From NCBI GenBank assembly GCA_045579625.1, contig JAZNMN010000017.1, positions 163,002-227,001 of the forward strand: DNA of 64,000 nucleotides, given 5' to 3'. Under the pieces are notes generated by a model. It did not search any database. It worked only from the letters and a program-made list of their open reading frames with translations, and was not told the origin of the DNA. Source of the DNA: Ruminiclostridium sp. (GTDB taxonomy: Bacteria; Bacillota; Clostridia; Oscillospirales; Ruminococcaceae). This document shows, in pieces, positions 63,720-64,000 of this stretch. The position numbers were made by a program, and so were the translations under genes. How positions within the stretch are numbered: position 1 is the first letter of the stretch; every line of letters starts with the position of its first letter.

Positions 63720-64000
63720 CTATTTAACTATCTCCATAACTATACATTTCCAGGCTTCGCCGTTTATCTGATAAGTTTCAGAAACACCGCTTTCCTTAAA
63801 GCCTACTGCCTTATAACAGTAATATGCGCTTTCGTTATTTTCAAATACACCCAGTGAAACCTTTTTCACTCCATATTTTTCAAAAGCAAATTTAAGTCCC
63901 AGCTCCAGCATCTTCTTGCCGTAGCCCTTCCCTCTTATTTCAGGAGAAACAATGATAAAACCAAATCTTAATTCATCGGGCTCATCTTCAGGCTTACGGA
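63720..64000 (-). CDS. GNAT family N-acetyltransferase, 5' truncated by window edge
   Basis: Frame is open to the edge: ...LRFGFIIVSPEIRGKGYGKKMLELGLKFAFE...SLGVFENNESAYYCYKAVGF. Confidence 0.85.
   Translation of the reverse strand, partial: RKPEDEPDELRFGFIIVSPEIRGKGYGKKMLELGLKFAFEKYGVKKVSLGVFENNESAYYCYKAVGFKESGVSETYQINGEAWKCIVMEIVK

Noticed and set aside
1-64000. CRISPR array, rRNA, tRNA, IS elements
   Set aside because: No intergenic region exceeds ~300 bp; no regularly spaced repeats, cloverleaf-like segments, cas genes or transposase ORFs were recognised by eye.

Overview
A 64-kb piece of core chromosome from a spore-forming Clostridia-class bacterium. Gene order and protein style suggest a Ruminococcus/Oscillospiraceae-like organism (inference). 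From left to right: (1) a co-oriented array of 11 small detox/modification genes (three GNATs, TfoX-N, DUF4440, DUF2087, VOC, cupin, P-loop protein) ending in an rsgA-type GTPase; (2) sporulation genes ylbJ/yqfC/yqfD; (3) a lone intact Xer-type tyrosine recombinase and tyrA; (4) a LacI-SLOG-GH2 unit and a LacI-tatD-CBS-aguA-aguB unit; (5) an ECF sigma/anti-sigma pair; (6) mreBCD-pbp2-minD-mgsA; (7) asp23-nusB-xseAB-ispA-dxs-tlyA-nadK-argR-recN-dut; (8) spoIIIAA-AH, cysK, an S1-domain gene, rarA, prs, glyA; (9) rnfCDGEAB, sigK, dprA and a blasticidin-deaminase-like gene. I saw no CRISPR array, rRNA, tRNA, IS or prophage. The strongest hunt result is a 28-bp 11-6-11 near-palindrome (ATTGCGTAAAA-TAAAAA-TTTTACGAAAT, 9953-9980) 38 bp upstream of the recombinase. 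A degenerate 28-bp copy lies 101 bp further upstream, and the two sites bracket the recombinase promoter. Hand-sampled G/C skew and gene orientation both change polarity near this point. Together this suggests the replication terminus and a candidate single-recombinase Xer/dif system, analogous to XerS/difSL, with a site sequence unlike the Bacillus, E. coli or streptococcal dif as I recall them. This is an inference from sequence only and needs whole-genome and experimental tests.
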